A stretch of 64,000 nucleotides of DNA from Bacteroidia bacterium (lineage in GTDB: Bacteria; Bacteroidota; Bacteroidia; CAIKAF01): the NCBI GenBank assembly GCA_030427255.1, contig JAUHWY010000005.1, forward strand, positions 23,776 to 87,775, in the 5' to 3' direction. Shown one piece after another: positions 28,696-38,039 of the stretch (position 1 is the stretch's first letter; each line of letters begins with the position of its first letter). A model generated the notes under the pieces. That model was not told the origin of the DNA and ran no database searches. It saw nothing but the letters and a program-made list of their open reading frames with translations. A program made the translations under genes and the position numbers.

Positions 28696-28837
28696 TTTCC
28701 TTCTTTAAGCTACGAAGATAACCAATCGCCGTGTGGGTACACAAACCAAGCAAGGAATCCAGCCTATTTTTAAAGAAAAGAAAATACGATTTTTAGATGT
28801 GCAAGAGCCTACTAATAGAAAGACTTCCCGACTATTT

Positions 28838-29010
28838 GACCCAAACCTGTGGTGCATCTGTGTCTATCTGTGCTAATCTATGACCACCTGTGGTACATCT
28901 GTGCGAATCTGTGACCATCTGTGTATATCTGTGTGTATCTGTGCGAATCCGTGGTGCATCCGTGGTGCATCCGTGGTGCATCCGTGGTGCATCTGTGGCG
29001 CACACGTGAC
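28838..29010. repeat. tandem/degenerate repeat tract (ATCTGTG-type heptamer variants; 4 x CCGTGGTGCAT)
   Basis: Directly visible: ...catctgtgcgaatctgtgaccatctgtg... followed by ccgtggtgcat x4. Confidence 0.85.
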
Positions 29011-29151
29011 CATCTGTGATAAAAAAAATCACCCTACCCCATTATCGAAGTACAACTCTTGAAAAGAAAACAAACGCATAAAAAATATCTACACGCAAAC
29101 CACGTTACTTTCACTCAATTTTATTAACTTAAAACAGCAAATTTAGCACTT

Positions 29152-29523
29152 ATGGAACTAAATGATTTAACCTACAAGATTATTGGATGTGCCTACAAGG
29201 TGCACTCCAAATTAGGCCCCGGTCTACTGGAGTCAACCTATGAAGTTTGCTTAGCGTATGAGCTTATAAAAGGTGGCTTGGTCGTAGAACGGCAAAAAAC
29301 GCTGCCGGTGGTCTATGACAACATTCAACTAGAAGCCGGATACCGGATCGATCTGTTGGTAGATCACACCGTAATTCTAGAGCTCAAATCTGTAGCCGAA
29401 ATTGCACCCATTCATCAAGCGCAATTAATGACCTACCTAAAACTATCCGGATTAAAGCTGGGGCTGTTGCTTAACTTTAATGTACAGGATATGAAAAGGG
29501 GTATAAAGCGGATAATCCTTTAA
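29152..29523 (+). CDS. GxxExxY family protein (PD-(D/E)XK-like)
   Basis: 123 aa. KIIGCAYKVHSKLGPGLLESTYEVCLAYEL carries the GxxExxY signature (G-L-L-E-S-T-Y). Confidence 0.8.
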   Translation: MELNDLTYKIIGCAYKVHSKLGPGLLESTYEVCLAYELIKGGLVVERQKTLPVVYDNIQLEAGYRIDLLVDHTVILELKSVAEIAPIHQAQLMTYLKLSGLKLGLLLNFNVQDMKRGIKRIIL

Positions 29524-29600
29524 CAATAATCTGTGCGAATCCGTGCAAATCTGTGGTGCACCTGTCGTGCACCCCTGCAAATCTGTGGTGAAAACCTAAG
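29521..29600. repeat. repeat tract downstream of the GxxExxY gene
   Basis: aatctgtgcgaatccgtgcaaatctgtggtgcacc repeats the atctgtgcgaatccgtg(gtgca) sequence found at 28937-28960 upstream of the gene. Confidence 0.8.
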
Positions 29601-29626
29601 CTAACCTAAACCCCCACCCAATTCAT

Positions 29627-32605
29627 CTACAGCTTACGCTTAACCTCTACCTCTTCAAAAGATTCAATGATATCACCCAACTGTATATCGTTAAACTTCT
29701 CCAAAGTCAAACCGCACTCGTAGCCCGTAGCCACTTCTTTTACGTCGTCTTTGAAGCGTTTTAGGCTACTCAGTTTGCCCGTGTGTACCACAATACCATC
29801 GCGAATAACCCGCACTTTGTTGTTGCGCTGAATCTTTCCATCCAACACATAACATCCCGCTACAGTGCCCACTTTAGTAATGCTAAACACATCGCGCACT
29901 TCCACGTTGGCGGTCACTTGCTCTTCTAAAGTAGGTGCAAGCATGCCTTCCATGGCCGCTTTTACCTCTTCGATGGCTTGGTAAATCACCGAATAGGTTC
30001 GGATATCGATTTCTTCTGCATCGGCAAGCTTGCGCACACTCGCAGATGGCCGCACCTGGAAGCCAATAATGATGGCATCGGATGCAGAGGCCAACATTAC
30101 GTCGCTTTCCGAAATGGCTCCTACAGATTTGTGTATAATGTTCACCTGAATGCTCTCCGTACTCAACTTCAACAAAGAGTCGGTCAAAGCCTCGGCTGAA
30201 CCATCGGTATCGGCCTTGATAATAACGTTCAATTGCTGGAAGTCGCCAATAGCAATACGGCGGCCAATTTCGTCCAAAGTAATGTGCTTGCGGCTGCGGA
30301 TGCCTTGTTCGCGTTGCAACTGCTGACGCTTGGTAGCAATTTCACGGGCCTCGCGTTCGTCATCCATTACATGGAATTTGTCTCCTGCTTGTGGTGCACC
30401 GCTAAGTCCCAACATACGCACCGGCATGGCCGGACCCGCAGTTTTCACAGGAACGCCACGCTCATTATACAAAGCTTTGACCCTACCGCTGTAAGGACCC
30501 GCAAGGACAACATCACCAATAGACAAGCTACCGTTTTGCACCAACAAGGTACACACGTAACCACGTCCTTTATCAAGCTGGGCCTCTATAGTTACCCCTG
30601 TAGCTCTGCGCTTAGGATTGGCTTTTAGTTCAAGCATTTCGGACTCCAACAGCACCTTGTCGAGCAAATCGGTAATGTTCAAGCCCTTTTTGGCTGAAAT
30701 CTCTTGGCACTGGTACTTTCCGCCCCACTCTTCTACCAAGTAGTTCATATTGGCCAATGCTTCCCGAATCTTATCAGGATTGGCTCCGTCTTTATCGATT
30801 TTGTTAATGGCAAAAACGATAGGTACTCCGGCAGCCTTAGCGTGATTAATAGCCTCAACAGTTTGGGGCATCACCGAGTCGTCTGCGGCAATCACAATAA
30901 TGGCTACATCCGTAATTTGTGCACCACGGGCCCGCATAGCGGTAAAGGCTTCGTGACCAGGAGTATCGATAAAAGTAATTTGCTTACCATTCTCGAGTTG
31001 CACACCATAAGCACCAATATGCTGGGTAATGCCTCCGGCTTCACCGGCAATTACATTGGCTTTACGAACGTAGTCGAGCAAAGAGGTTTTACCGTGGTCA
31101 ACGTGACCCATAACGGTTACAATAGGAGGTCTAAACTCAAGGTCTTCCTCATTGTCTACCTCTTCTTCGTCAATAGCTTCTTGAATATCGGCAGAGACAA
31201 AATTCACCTCATAGCCAAACTCCTCAGAAATGATGGAAATGGTTTCGGCGTCGAGGCGTTGGTTGATAGAGACAAACAATCCTAGGCTCATGCAGGCCGA
31301 AATAATATCGGTAACAGGCACTTCCATCATTTGAGAAAGTTCGTTAGCCGACACAAACTCGGTCACCTTGAGCACTTTCTTTTCGCGTTCTACCTCTTCG
31401 GCCTCAGATTGCAACTTTTCGCGGATACCCTCGCGCTTTTGGCGGCGGAATTTAACGGCTTTGGATTTTCCGCGTTCGCTTAACCGCGCCAGCGTCTCCT
31501 TAATTTGCTTCTGGATTTCCTCCTCGGTGAGCTCCACTTTTACGTCGGGACGCACATCGCGGCGACGTCCGCGCCCTCCTTTTTTGGCACCGCCTTGGCT
31601 TTGATTCTGGCCACCGGCGGGTGGTACGCGTTTATTAAGCTCTTTGGGTATGCGCTTTCGCTTTTTGCGCTCGCCTGAATCCTTTTTAGGAGCTTCTTTA
31701 GGCAATTCAATTTTTCCAACCACGGTTGGTCCTTCCAAGCGGTTTACTTTGGCTCGGATAACCTCTTCGGGCGTTTTCTTTTCTTCTGAATCCCCAGCAG
31801 GAGCCGGGCTTTCTTCTTCGGAAGTCTTTTCCTCTGCGGGTGCTTTTTCAGTAGCCTCCGTTTTGGCGGGAGTTTCTGCTTCGACTTCCGGGGCTTTTTC
31901 TTTTGCGGGCTCTTCGGCTTGGACGCTCGGCTTTTCTACTTCAGGTGCCGGGCTTTCTTTAGCCTTTGGCTCTGAAGCTTCTTCTTTGGCCTTAGCCTTT
32001 GCTTTCTCCGGTTTTTCTGCAGCTTTGGATTCGGCCTTTTTCGCCCCTTTTCCTTTGGCTTGGCGTTCGGGAAGTTCTATTTTCCCAAGCACTTTAAGAC
32101 CACCTGAGGGCTTGGGGCTCTCTTCCTTGGGAGATTCTTCTTTGGGAGACTCTTCTTTGGGAGCTTCGGCTATGGGCGCCTCCTCTTTTGGGGCTTCTTT
32201 GGCCGGCTCTTCGGGAGCTTTAGGCGCGGGAGCTTTAGCTTCAGGCTGTCGTGCCTGTGTTTCGGCAGAACCGGCTTCTTCTTCAGCGGCTAAGGAAGTA
32301 TCCTTAATCAGAATTTCGGCACCACCATCGTCGGAGGGCTCGTCTTCCTCTTCCTTTTTCTTGTCTTGAATGGTAACGCTGGATTTAGGCACCGAAATGG
32401 AACCCATTTGTCTGGACTTTTCCTTAACCTGTTGATCGGTTTGGTGTTCCTTGAGCAAGAGCACATACAGGTCTTGCCCAATTTTGGTATTGGGGCTGGG
32501 TTTTACATCATGGCCGTTTTTGGCCAAGGTTTCCACCAGCGTGGACATACCAACGTTGAGTTCTTTTGCAACTTTATTTAGTCTCAGCGTTTTTTCTTCT
32601 GACAT
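29627..32605 (-). CDS. infB: translation initiation factor IF-2
   Basis: 992 aa. Low-complexity A/E/K/P-rich N-terminal region. GTPase G1 [13 protein letters not shown] motif. Confidence 0.95.
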   Translation of the reverse strand: MSEEKTLRLNKVAKELNVGMSTLVETLAKNGHDVKPSPNTKIGQDLYVLLLKEHQTDQQVKEKSRQMGSISVPKSSVTIQDKKKEEEDEPSDDGGAEILIKDTSLAAEEEAGSAETQARQPEAKAPAPKAPEEPAKEAPKEEAPIAEAPKEESPKEESPKEESPKPSGGLKVLGKIELPERQAKGKGAKKAESKAAEKPEKAKAKAKEEASEPKAKESPAPEVEKPSVQAEEPAKEKAPEVEAETPAKTEATEKAPAEEKTSEEESPAPAGDSEEKKTPEEVIRAKVNRLEGPTVVGKIELPKEAPKKDSGERKKRKRIPKELNKRVPPAGGQNQSQGGAKKGGRGRRRDVRPDVKVELTEEEIQKQIKETLARLSERGKSKAVKFRRQKREGIREKLQSEAEEVEREKKVLKVTEFVSANELSQMMEVPVTDIISACMSLGLFVSINQRLDAETISIISEEFGYEVNFVSADIQEAIDEEEVDNEEDLEFRPPIVTVMGHVDHGKTSLLDYVRKANVIAGEAGGITQHIGAYGVQLENGKQITFIDTPGHEAFTAMRARGAQITDVAIIVIAADDSVMPQTVEAINHAKAAGVPIVFAINKIDKDGANPDKIREALANMNYLVEEWGGKYQCQEISAKKGLNITDLLDKVLLESEMLELKANPKRRATGVTIEAQLDKGRGYVCTLLVQNGSLSIGDVVLAGPYSGRVKALYNERGVPVKTAGPAMPVRMLGLSGAPQAGDKFHVMDDEREAREIATKRQQLQREQGIRSRKHITLDEIGRRIAIGDFQQLNVIIKADTDGSAEALTDSLLKLSTESIQVNIIHKSVGAISESDVMLASASDAIIIGFQVRPSASVRKLADAEEIDIRTYSVIYQAIEEVKAAMEGMLAPTLEEQVTANVEVRDVFSITKVGTVAGCYVLDGKIQRNNKVRVIRDGIVVHTGKLSSLKRFKDDVKEVATGYECGLTLEKFNDIQLGDIIESFEEVEVKRKL

Positions 32606-32681
32606 ACGTTGTTTTGATCAGGTCTTTTCCGCGGTTTGCCCTTTCTACGGGGCAAAGGTAGGGATAAATCAACTAAATGCT

Positions 32682-33920
32682 TCATTCTTCGAATTCAGCA
32701 CGCAGTACACCCAGCACCTCATTTACGGTTTCTATTTCTAAATCTGTGCGCGAAGCCAAGTCTTCGGCGCCTATTTCAAGGACTGATTTGGCAGTATCGC
32801 AACCGATGCCTTTGAGGGCGTCAATGATCCAATCTTCGATTTCGTCGCGGAAATCATCCAAGGCTACATCTTCAACGTCCGGCTCATCGTCGCGGTACAC
32901 ATCAATCTCATATTCGGTTAATCTGCTGGCCAACTTAATGTTTAAGCCTCCTTTGCCAATGGCCAAGCTCACCTGGTCCGGCTTTAAGTACACCCGTGCA
33001 CGGTGGTTTTCTTCATCCAAATCAATGCTAACCACCTTTGCAGGGCTCAAAGCCCGCTGAATAAACAGCTGGGTATTATTGGTATAATTGATTACGTCTA
33101 TGTTTTCGTTTCTCAACTCCCGAACAATCCCATGAATTCGGCTGCCTTTCATACCCACACAAGCGCCTACGGGGTCAATCCGGTCGTCAAAAGACTCTAC
33201 CGCAACCTTGGCGCGTTCGCCGGGAATGCGCACAATCTTATGAATCGTGATTAGCCCATCAAACACTTCAGGCACTTCTTGCTCAAACAGCTTTTCTAAA
33301 AATTCAGGAGCGGTACGACTCAAAATAATGGCCGGGTTGTTGTTGCGCATATCCACCTTCAACACCACAGCGCGCAGCGCTTCGCCCTTTTTGTAGAAGT
33401 CCGATGGAATCATTTCTTGTTTTGGAAGCACCAGCTCATTGCCTTCGTCGTCAAGCACCAAAAGCTCTTTACGCCATATTTGGTATACCTCGCCCGAAAT
33501 TATTTCGCCAACCCTGTCTTTGTACTTCTTATATACCGCATCTTTTTCCAAATCGTTGATGCGCGAATTAAGGTTTTGCTTCATGGCCATAATGGCACGG
33601 CGGCCAAAATCCATGAATTTCACCTCGGTGGCTACCTCTTCGCCTATTTCAAAGTCTGGCTCAATCTTTATGGCCTCTGAGTACGCAATTTGAGCGATGG
33701 GGTCTTCCACCTCTCCATCTTCTACAATTTCCCGGTTTTGCCAAATTTCCAAGTCGCCCTTATCCACATTAATAATGATGTCGAAATTGTCGACCTCGCC
33801 GTACTTTTTGACAATCATATTCCGAATCACCTCTTCCAGGATGTTCATCATGGTCACCCGGTCGATGTTCTTCTGCTCTTTAAAGTCAGCAAAGGAGTCT
33901 ATGAGAGATATGCTGTCCAT
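32682..33920 (-). CDS. nusA: transcription termination/antitermination factor NusA
   Basis: 412 aa. S1 and tandem KH domains. Located between rimP and infB. Confidence 0.95.
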   Translation of the reverse strand: MDSISLIDSFADFKEQKNIDRVTMMNILEEVIRNMIVKKYGEVDNFDIIINVDKGDLEIWQNREIVEDGEVEDPIAQIAYSEAIKIEPDFEIGEEVATEVKFMDFGRRAIMAMKQNLNSRINDLEKDAVYKKYKDRVGEIISGEVYQIWRKELLVLDDEGNELVLPKQEMIPSDFYKKGEALRAVVLKVDMRNNNPAIILSRTAPEFLEKLFEQEVPEVFDGLITIHKIVRIPGERAKVAVESFDDRIDPVGACVGMKGSRIHGIVRELRNENIDVINYTNNTQLFIQRALSPAKVVSIDLDEENHRARVYLKPDQVSLAIGKGGLNIKLASRLTEYEIDVYRDDEPDVEDVALDDFRDEIEDWIIDALKGIGCDTAKSVLEIGAEDLASRTDLEIETVNEVLGVLRAEFEE

Positions 33921-33942
33921 GGCTTATAGAATGATGTTCATA

Positions 33943-34410
33943 TTATGAAAAATATATCGCTTTCTTAACGGATTTCACTTCATTAAGGGCTAAACGCCTT
34001 TGCTCACCGGCAAGAGGCGGCTTAGCGCCTGACTTGGCTTTTGCCTTAGCAAACAGGTCTAAAGTAATGCTCTCTTGATCCCAAGCCAAAAGCACACCTT
34101 CCAGCTTTTGCCCTTCGAGCAGCACTACTTCCACGGATTTGCCCACGTTTTTTTCAAACTGCACCGGATGCCTAAAAGGCCGATCTAAACCGGGAGAACT
34201 GACGGTGATTTGCCAAGCGTCAAGGGCCTCCCCGCTCTTTTCACGCAAAGCACGGGTCAGGGCAGCACAGGTCTCCACAGACACGTTCTCGGCACCATCT
34301 ACATACACCTCAGCCCTATGCTCCGCCGGCAAATTCAATTCCACCAACACTAAACTGTGCCTCTCCAACAGAGGATCCAAAATTTCTTTGATGAGATGTT
34401 CTACCGACAT
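33943..34410 (-). CDS. rimP: ribosome maturation factor RimP
   Basis: Start placed at MSVEHLIKEIL. The ORF extends to 34542. Conserved rimP-nusA-infB order. Confidence 0.8.
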   Translation of the reverse strand: MSVEHLIKEILDPLLERHSLVLVELNLPAEHRAEVYVDGAENVSVETCAALTRALREKSGEALDAWQITVSSPGLDRPFRHPVQFEKNVGKSVEVVLLEGQKLEGVLLAWDQESITLDLFAKAKAKSGAKPPLAGEQRRLALNEVKSVKKAIYFS

Positions 34411-34544
34411 ATTTGGCAAAAAAGAAAGGGGCACTTGGCCCCTTTTCCGATGTTTCGAAAAATGTTCTGCAAATATAACACTAGATTTTGACAAATCAAA
34501 GTTTTGAATACAACCGAGGTCGTTCAACGGTTGGTTTTTCAAGT

Positions 34545-34575
34545 GTAAATCCCAAATCCTAGCGCTAGGATTTAC
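34545..34575. promoter_or_regulatory. perfect 20-bp palindrome AAATCCTAGCGCTAGGATTT (plus flanking gtaaatcc/ggatttac) upstream of the rimP-nusA-infB operon
   Basis: Perfect palindrome at 34554-34573. No T run on either strand, so more operator-like than terminator-like. Confidence 0.4.
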
Positions 34576-34664
34576 GATTCGGACTGAAGCAGCTGAAAAA
34601 AATAGGCTCTAAATCCATCACTTCAAAAGAGAACCTCAAAAAGCTAAATAAAAAGGTTTTGGGC

Positions 34665-34800
34665 GTGCCCCTAAAGGGTCGGGCTATCCGCTGCAAGTCC
34701 TCGCTCGTTCCTCGCTGTGGGCTTTCCGCTGCTATCCCTCACGCGGAAATCTTCTTAAATAAGAAAGTTTGGCGCCCAAAAGGAGGTGGGGATTTCAAGA
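34665..34800. repeat. GC-rich intergenic element, sub-element 1 (copy C)
   Basis: gggctatccgctgcaagtcctcgctcgttcctcgctgtgggctttccgctgc is related to 21700-21850. Confidence 0.6.
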
Positions 34801-34869
34801 GAGGCGGGGAATCGAGAAGGAGACCCGAGATCTCCCATCTAAACGGATGACCCTTTTTCATTTATCATT

Positions 34870-35011
34870 CAGAGAGCGGGGCACCCCGTCTTTACCCCAT
34901 CATTGAGAGACGGGAGGCATCCCGTCTTTACCGCGTTATGGAGAGACGGGAGGTATCCCGTCTTTAACGCGTCATGGAGAGACGGGAGGCATCCCGTCTT
35001 TACCACGTTAT
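34870..35011. repeat. tandem array of about 3.5 x 36-bp units, each a hairpin AGACGGGA-GGCA-TCCCGTCT
   Basis: gagagacgggaggcatcccgtctttacc(g/a)cgttatg repeated three times, plus a degenerate first unit (cggggcaccccg). Confidence 0.85.
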
Positions 35012-35014
35012 CTA

Positions 35015-35200
35015 TCATTCATCATTCATCATCCATCATTCATCATTCATCATCCATCATTCATCATCCATCATTCATCATCCATCATTCATCATCCATC
35101 ATTCATCATCCATCATTCATCATCCATCATTCATCATCCATCATTCATCATCCATCATTCATCATCCATCATTCATCATTCACCATTTATCATTATCATT
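35015..35200. repeat. 14-bp minisatellite (CATCATTCATCATC)n, about 12 copies
   Basis: Period-14 repeat directly visible. Gives spurious ORFs encoding IIHHSSS repeats in two frames. Confidence 0.9.
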
Positions 35201-35360
35201 CACCTATTCTCCCTTCCGGCCCGGATGCTGTGGAAAGCCCGGAAAACCAAGCCTTAGGGCAGTGTGGGAAGCGGAGGCGGAGCGCAGCAAGCCCCCGCAA
35301 GCCCCACTGCCTTTAGGCTTGGTTTGAGGACTTGAAGCAAGCAGCCGGAATTGCCGGCCC
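35200..35360. repeat. GC-rich hairpin-forming intergenic element, copy C (archetype)
   Basis: ttccggcccggatgctgtggaaagcccggaaaaccaagccttagggcagtg[GGGAAGCGGAGGCGGAGCGCAGCAAGCCCCCGCAAGCCC]cactgcctttaggcttggtttgaggacttgaagcaagcagccggaattgccggcc. 18-bp stem with a conserved loop. Near-identical to the copy at 42665-42810. Confidence 0.8.
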
Positions 35361-35440
35361 ATAAATCCCATTAACCTTTTTTACCGTGCTTTAGTTCTAG
35401 GCCTCGCTTGGCTTAGCTAATTTTATCCAAAATTTAGTCC

Positions 35441-37489
35441 ATGCGACCACCGCTACCTTATCTTTTGTTTCCCGCCCTTGGTTTGATTATTTCGGCCTGT
35501 GGCAATCCAAATTCTGCATCTATGCAACAAGCTCAGGCCCTTGCGGCCATTGATGTTTCTCTTTTGGACAGCAACTACGCCCCACAAGACTCCTTTTTTG
35601 AATTTGTAAACCAAAAGTGGATCGAAAACAATCCCATTCCGGCCTCCAAAAGTTCTTGGGGCGCCTTTTATGAGTTGCGTGAGCAAAGTTTAGCGGCCTT
35701 AAAGGACATCCACGAAGAGGCGGCTGCTACCAAGGCGGCTGAGGGCTCTCCGGCGCACATGCTGGGCCTGTTTTGGAATTCGGCCATGGATTCCGCCGGC
35801 ATTGCACAAGCTGCTTGGACTCCGCTCCAAACCTTGTTTGCTGAAATGACTTGGACCAGTGAGCCGCGCAACCGTGCTCAACGCATAGCAACCCTTATTC
35901 GAAATGGGGGGTCTGCTCCCATTTCCATGTATGTTTACCAAGACCTTAAAAAAGCAGACCGCTATGTACTGTATTTAAATCAAGCCGGTTTGGGCTTGCC
36001 CGACCGCGACTATTATTTTAGAGAAGGGGAGCGCGCAGAAAAAATACGTGCCGCATATAAAAAATACCAGGTTGATTTGCTGTTATCCACAGGTATGTCC
36101 CCGGAAAAAGCTCTGTTGGCCGGCAAAAACATTTATGAACTAGAGAGGACTTTGGCCAAGGCCAGCATGACCCTAGAGGAATTGCGTGACCCCTATGCCA
36201 GCTACCACCCAAAATCCTTACAGGACCTTAACCAAGACTATCCACAGTTGGACTGGACCACTTTATTTAGGCGGCTGCATCTTAATACCGACAGCCTAGT
36301 GTTGGGTCAGCCTAAGTTCATGGAGCAGCTCAATAAGCTTATGGAAGAGCTTCCGGCAGAAACTTGGACCCATTATTTAAGGTTTCATACCGCCAATAGC
36401 TTTGCCAAGTACATGCATCCTGAAGCCGAGTCGCTTCGTTTTGCCTTTTATGGCACAGAGTTGAGCGGCAAAACAGAAATGGAGCCACGGTGGCAGCGAA
36501 TGGTAAGTGTGTCTGATGAATTGCTGCGGGACTTGCTAGGCCAAGAATACGTTAAAAAACACTTTGACGAGCAAGCCAAAAGCCGAGCCTTAGCCTTGGT
36601 AGAAAACCTAAAAAAGGCCCTTGGCAGCCGGCTGAGCAACTTAGATTGGATGGGAGACACCACCCGTGCAGCGGCCTTGGAAAAGCTGGACAAAATGATG
36701 GTTAAAATCGGTTATCCTGACCAGTGGAGAAGCTATGAAGGGCTGGATTTGAAAGAACAACATTTGGTCTTAAATTATCAAACAGCTCATGCCTTTGAAT
36801 TTGACCGGATGGCCAAAAAGTTGGGACAAGAAGTGGATCGCAGTGAGTGGTTTATGGGACCACAAACCGTGAATGCCTATTACAACCCAACGCTTAACGA
36901 AATTGTGTTCCCGGCCGCCATTTTGCAACCACCCTTCTTTTTTGCCGATGGAGACGATGCGGTGAATTATGGGGGTATAGGCATGGTAATTGGTCATGAA
37001 TTAACCCATGGTTTTGACGACCAAGGCCGCCAATTTGATGCCGAAGGCAACTTAAGGTCTTGGTGGACCAAGGCCGATGAGCAAAGGTTCAATACCAAAG
37101 CCTCTAGGTTTGTGCAACACTACAACGGGTACGAGCCTTTGCCCGGAGTATTCATCAATGGAGAGCTGACCCAAGGCGAAAACATTGCCGACTTAGGAGG
37201 AATGCTTATTGCTTGGGACGCCTTTAAAATCAGCAGCAAAGGTCAATCCGGCGAACCTATAGATGGATTTAGCCCGGAGCAACGTTTCTTTTTAAGCTTT
37301 GCTCAAATTTGGCGAGGCCACGACAAAGACGCCTATTTAGAGCAGAAATTGTACACAGACCCACACTCTCCTGGGAAATATAGGGTAATTGGTGTGCTTT
37401 CTAATTTCCCTGCCTTTTACGAAGCCTTTAAAGTAAAAGAAGGGCATAAACTTTGGTTGCCCGACAGTGCCCGTTGCACTATGTGGTAA
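35441..37489 (+). CDS. pepO: M13-family zinc metallopeptidase (neprilysin/PepO-like), lipoprotein
   Basis: 682 aa. Lipobox LIISACG. HELTHGFDD zinc motif. ENIADLGG. Confidence 0.85.
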   Translation: MRPPLPYLLFPALGLIISACGNPNSASMQQAQALAAIDVSLLDSNYAPQDSFFEFVNQKWIENNPIPASKSSWGAFYELREQSLAALKDIHEEAAATKAAEGSPAHMLGLFWNSAMDSAGIAQAAWTPLQTLFAEMTWTSEPRNRAQRIATLIRNGGSAPISMYVYQDLKKADRYVLYLNQAGLGLPDRDYYFREGERAEKIRAAYKKYQVDLLLSTGMSPEKALLAGKNIYELERTLAKASMTLEELRDPYASYHPKSLQDLNQDYPQLDWTTLFRRLHLNTDSLVLGQPKFMEQLNKLMEELPAETWTHYLRFHTANSFAKYMHPEAESLRFAFYGTELSGKTEMEPRWQRMVSVSDELLRDLLGQEYVKKHFDEQAKSRALALVENLKKALGSRLSNLDWMGDTTRAAALEKLDKMMVKIGYPDQWRSYEGLDLKEQHLVLNYQTAHAFEFDRMAKKLGQEVDRSEWFMGPQTVNAYYNPTLNEIVFPAAILQPPFFFADGDDAVNYGGIGMVIGHELTHGFDDQGRQFDAEGNLRSWWTKADEQRFNTKASRFVQHYNGYEPLPGVFINGELTQGENIADLGGMLIAWDAFKISSKGQSGEPIDGFSPEQRFFLSFAQIWRGHDKDAYLEQKLYTDPHSPGKYRVIGVLSNFPAFYEAFKVKEGHKLWLPDSARCTMW

Positions 37490-37517
37490 GATTCAGGGAT
37501 TCCTTACATTTGCAGCA

Positions 37518-38039
37518 ATGTTTCCTCATTTCGCTCAAGTGCCGACACCCATTTTGGAGAAAGCCGGCCGAATAAAACTCCTCATTACCGATTGCGACGG
37601 CGTACTCACCGATACCGGTGTGTATGTTGGTTCGGAAGGAGAGCTAATGAAGCGTTTCTCTATACGCGACGGCATGGGTGTGGAGCGTTTAAGAGAGCTG
37701 GTGGGAGTGGCATCGGGCATTATGACCGGAGAACAATCTCAAGCAGTGGCTCAAAGGGCAAAAAAACTTCAAATGCCGCATTTGTTTTTGGGTGCCAAAA
37801 ACAAGGGTGCATTGCTCAAAACCTTGCTGGAGCAAGAACAGCTGTCCCCTGAAGAGTTAGCCTACATTGGCGACGACACCAACGATTTAGAGGCCCTTAG
37901 CTTGGCAGGGCTCAGCTGCTGCCCCGGCGATGCCATGCCTATTGCCGCTGAAATTTCCGACTATCAATGCCTAACTCCCGGAGGGCAGGGAGCCTTTAGA
38001 GAGGTGGCAGAACTCATTATTTTCGCAAAACAACGTTGA
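37518..38039 (+). CDS. HAD-IIIA (KdsC-type) sugar-acid phosphate phosphatase
   Basis: LLITDCDGVLTD (DxDGVLTD) motif I. GDDTND motif. Start placed at MFPHFAQ. ORF overlaps the pepO end. Confidence 0.65.
   Translation: MFPHFAQVPTPILEKAGRIKLLITDCDGVLTDTGVYVGSEGELMKRFSIRDGMGVERLRELVGVASGIMTGEQSQAVAQRAKKLQMPHLFLGAKNKGALLKTLLEQEQLSPEELAYIGDDTNDLEALSLAGLSCCPGDAMPIAAEISDYQCLTPGGQGAFREVAELIIFAKQR

Noticed and set aside
28832-29062. ORFs 28832-29032 (-) and 28880-29062 (+) upstream of the GxxExxY gene
   Set aside because: Composed of the ATCTGTG / CCGTGGTGCAT tandem repeats (His/Cys/Thr-rich translations). Not credible proteins.
31644-32369. 241-aa S/A/G-rich ORF antisense to infB
   Set aside because: Shadow ORF of the A/E/K/P-rich low-complexity N-terminal region of IF-2.
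34903-35327. ORFs 34903-35316 and 34974-35327 encoding IIHHSSS repeat proteins
   Set aside because: Translation artefacts of the 14-bp minisatellite and GC-rich element. The period is not a multiple of 3, and the same DNA gives ORFs in two frames.
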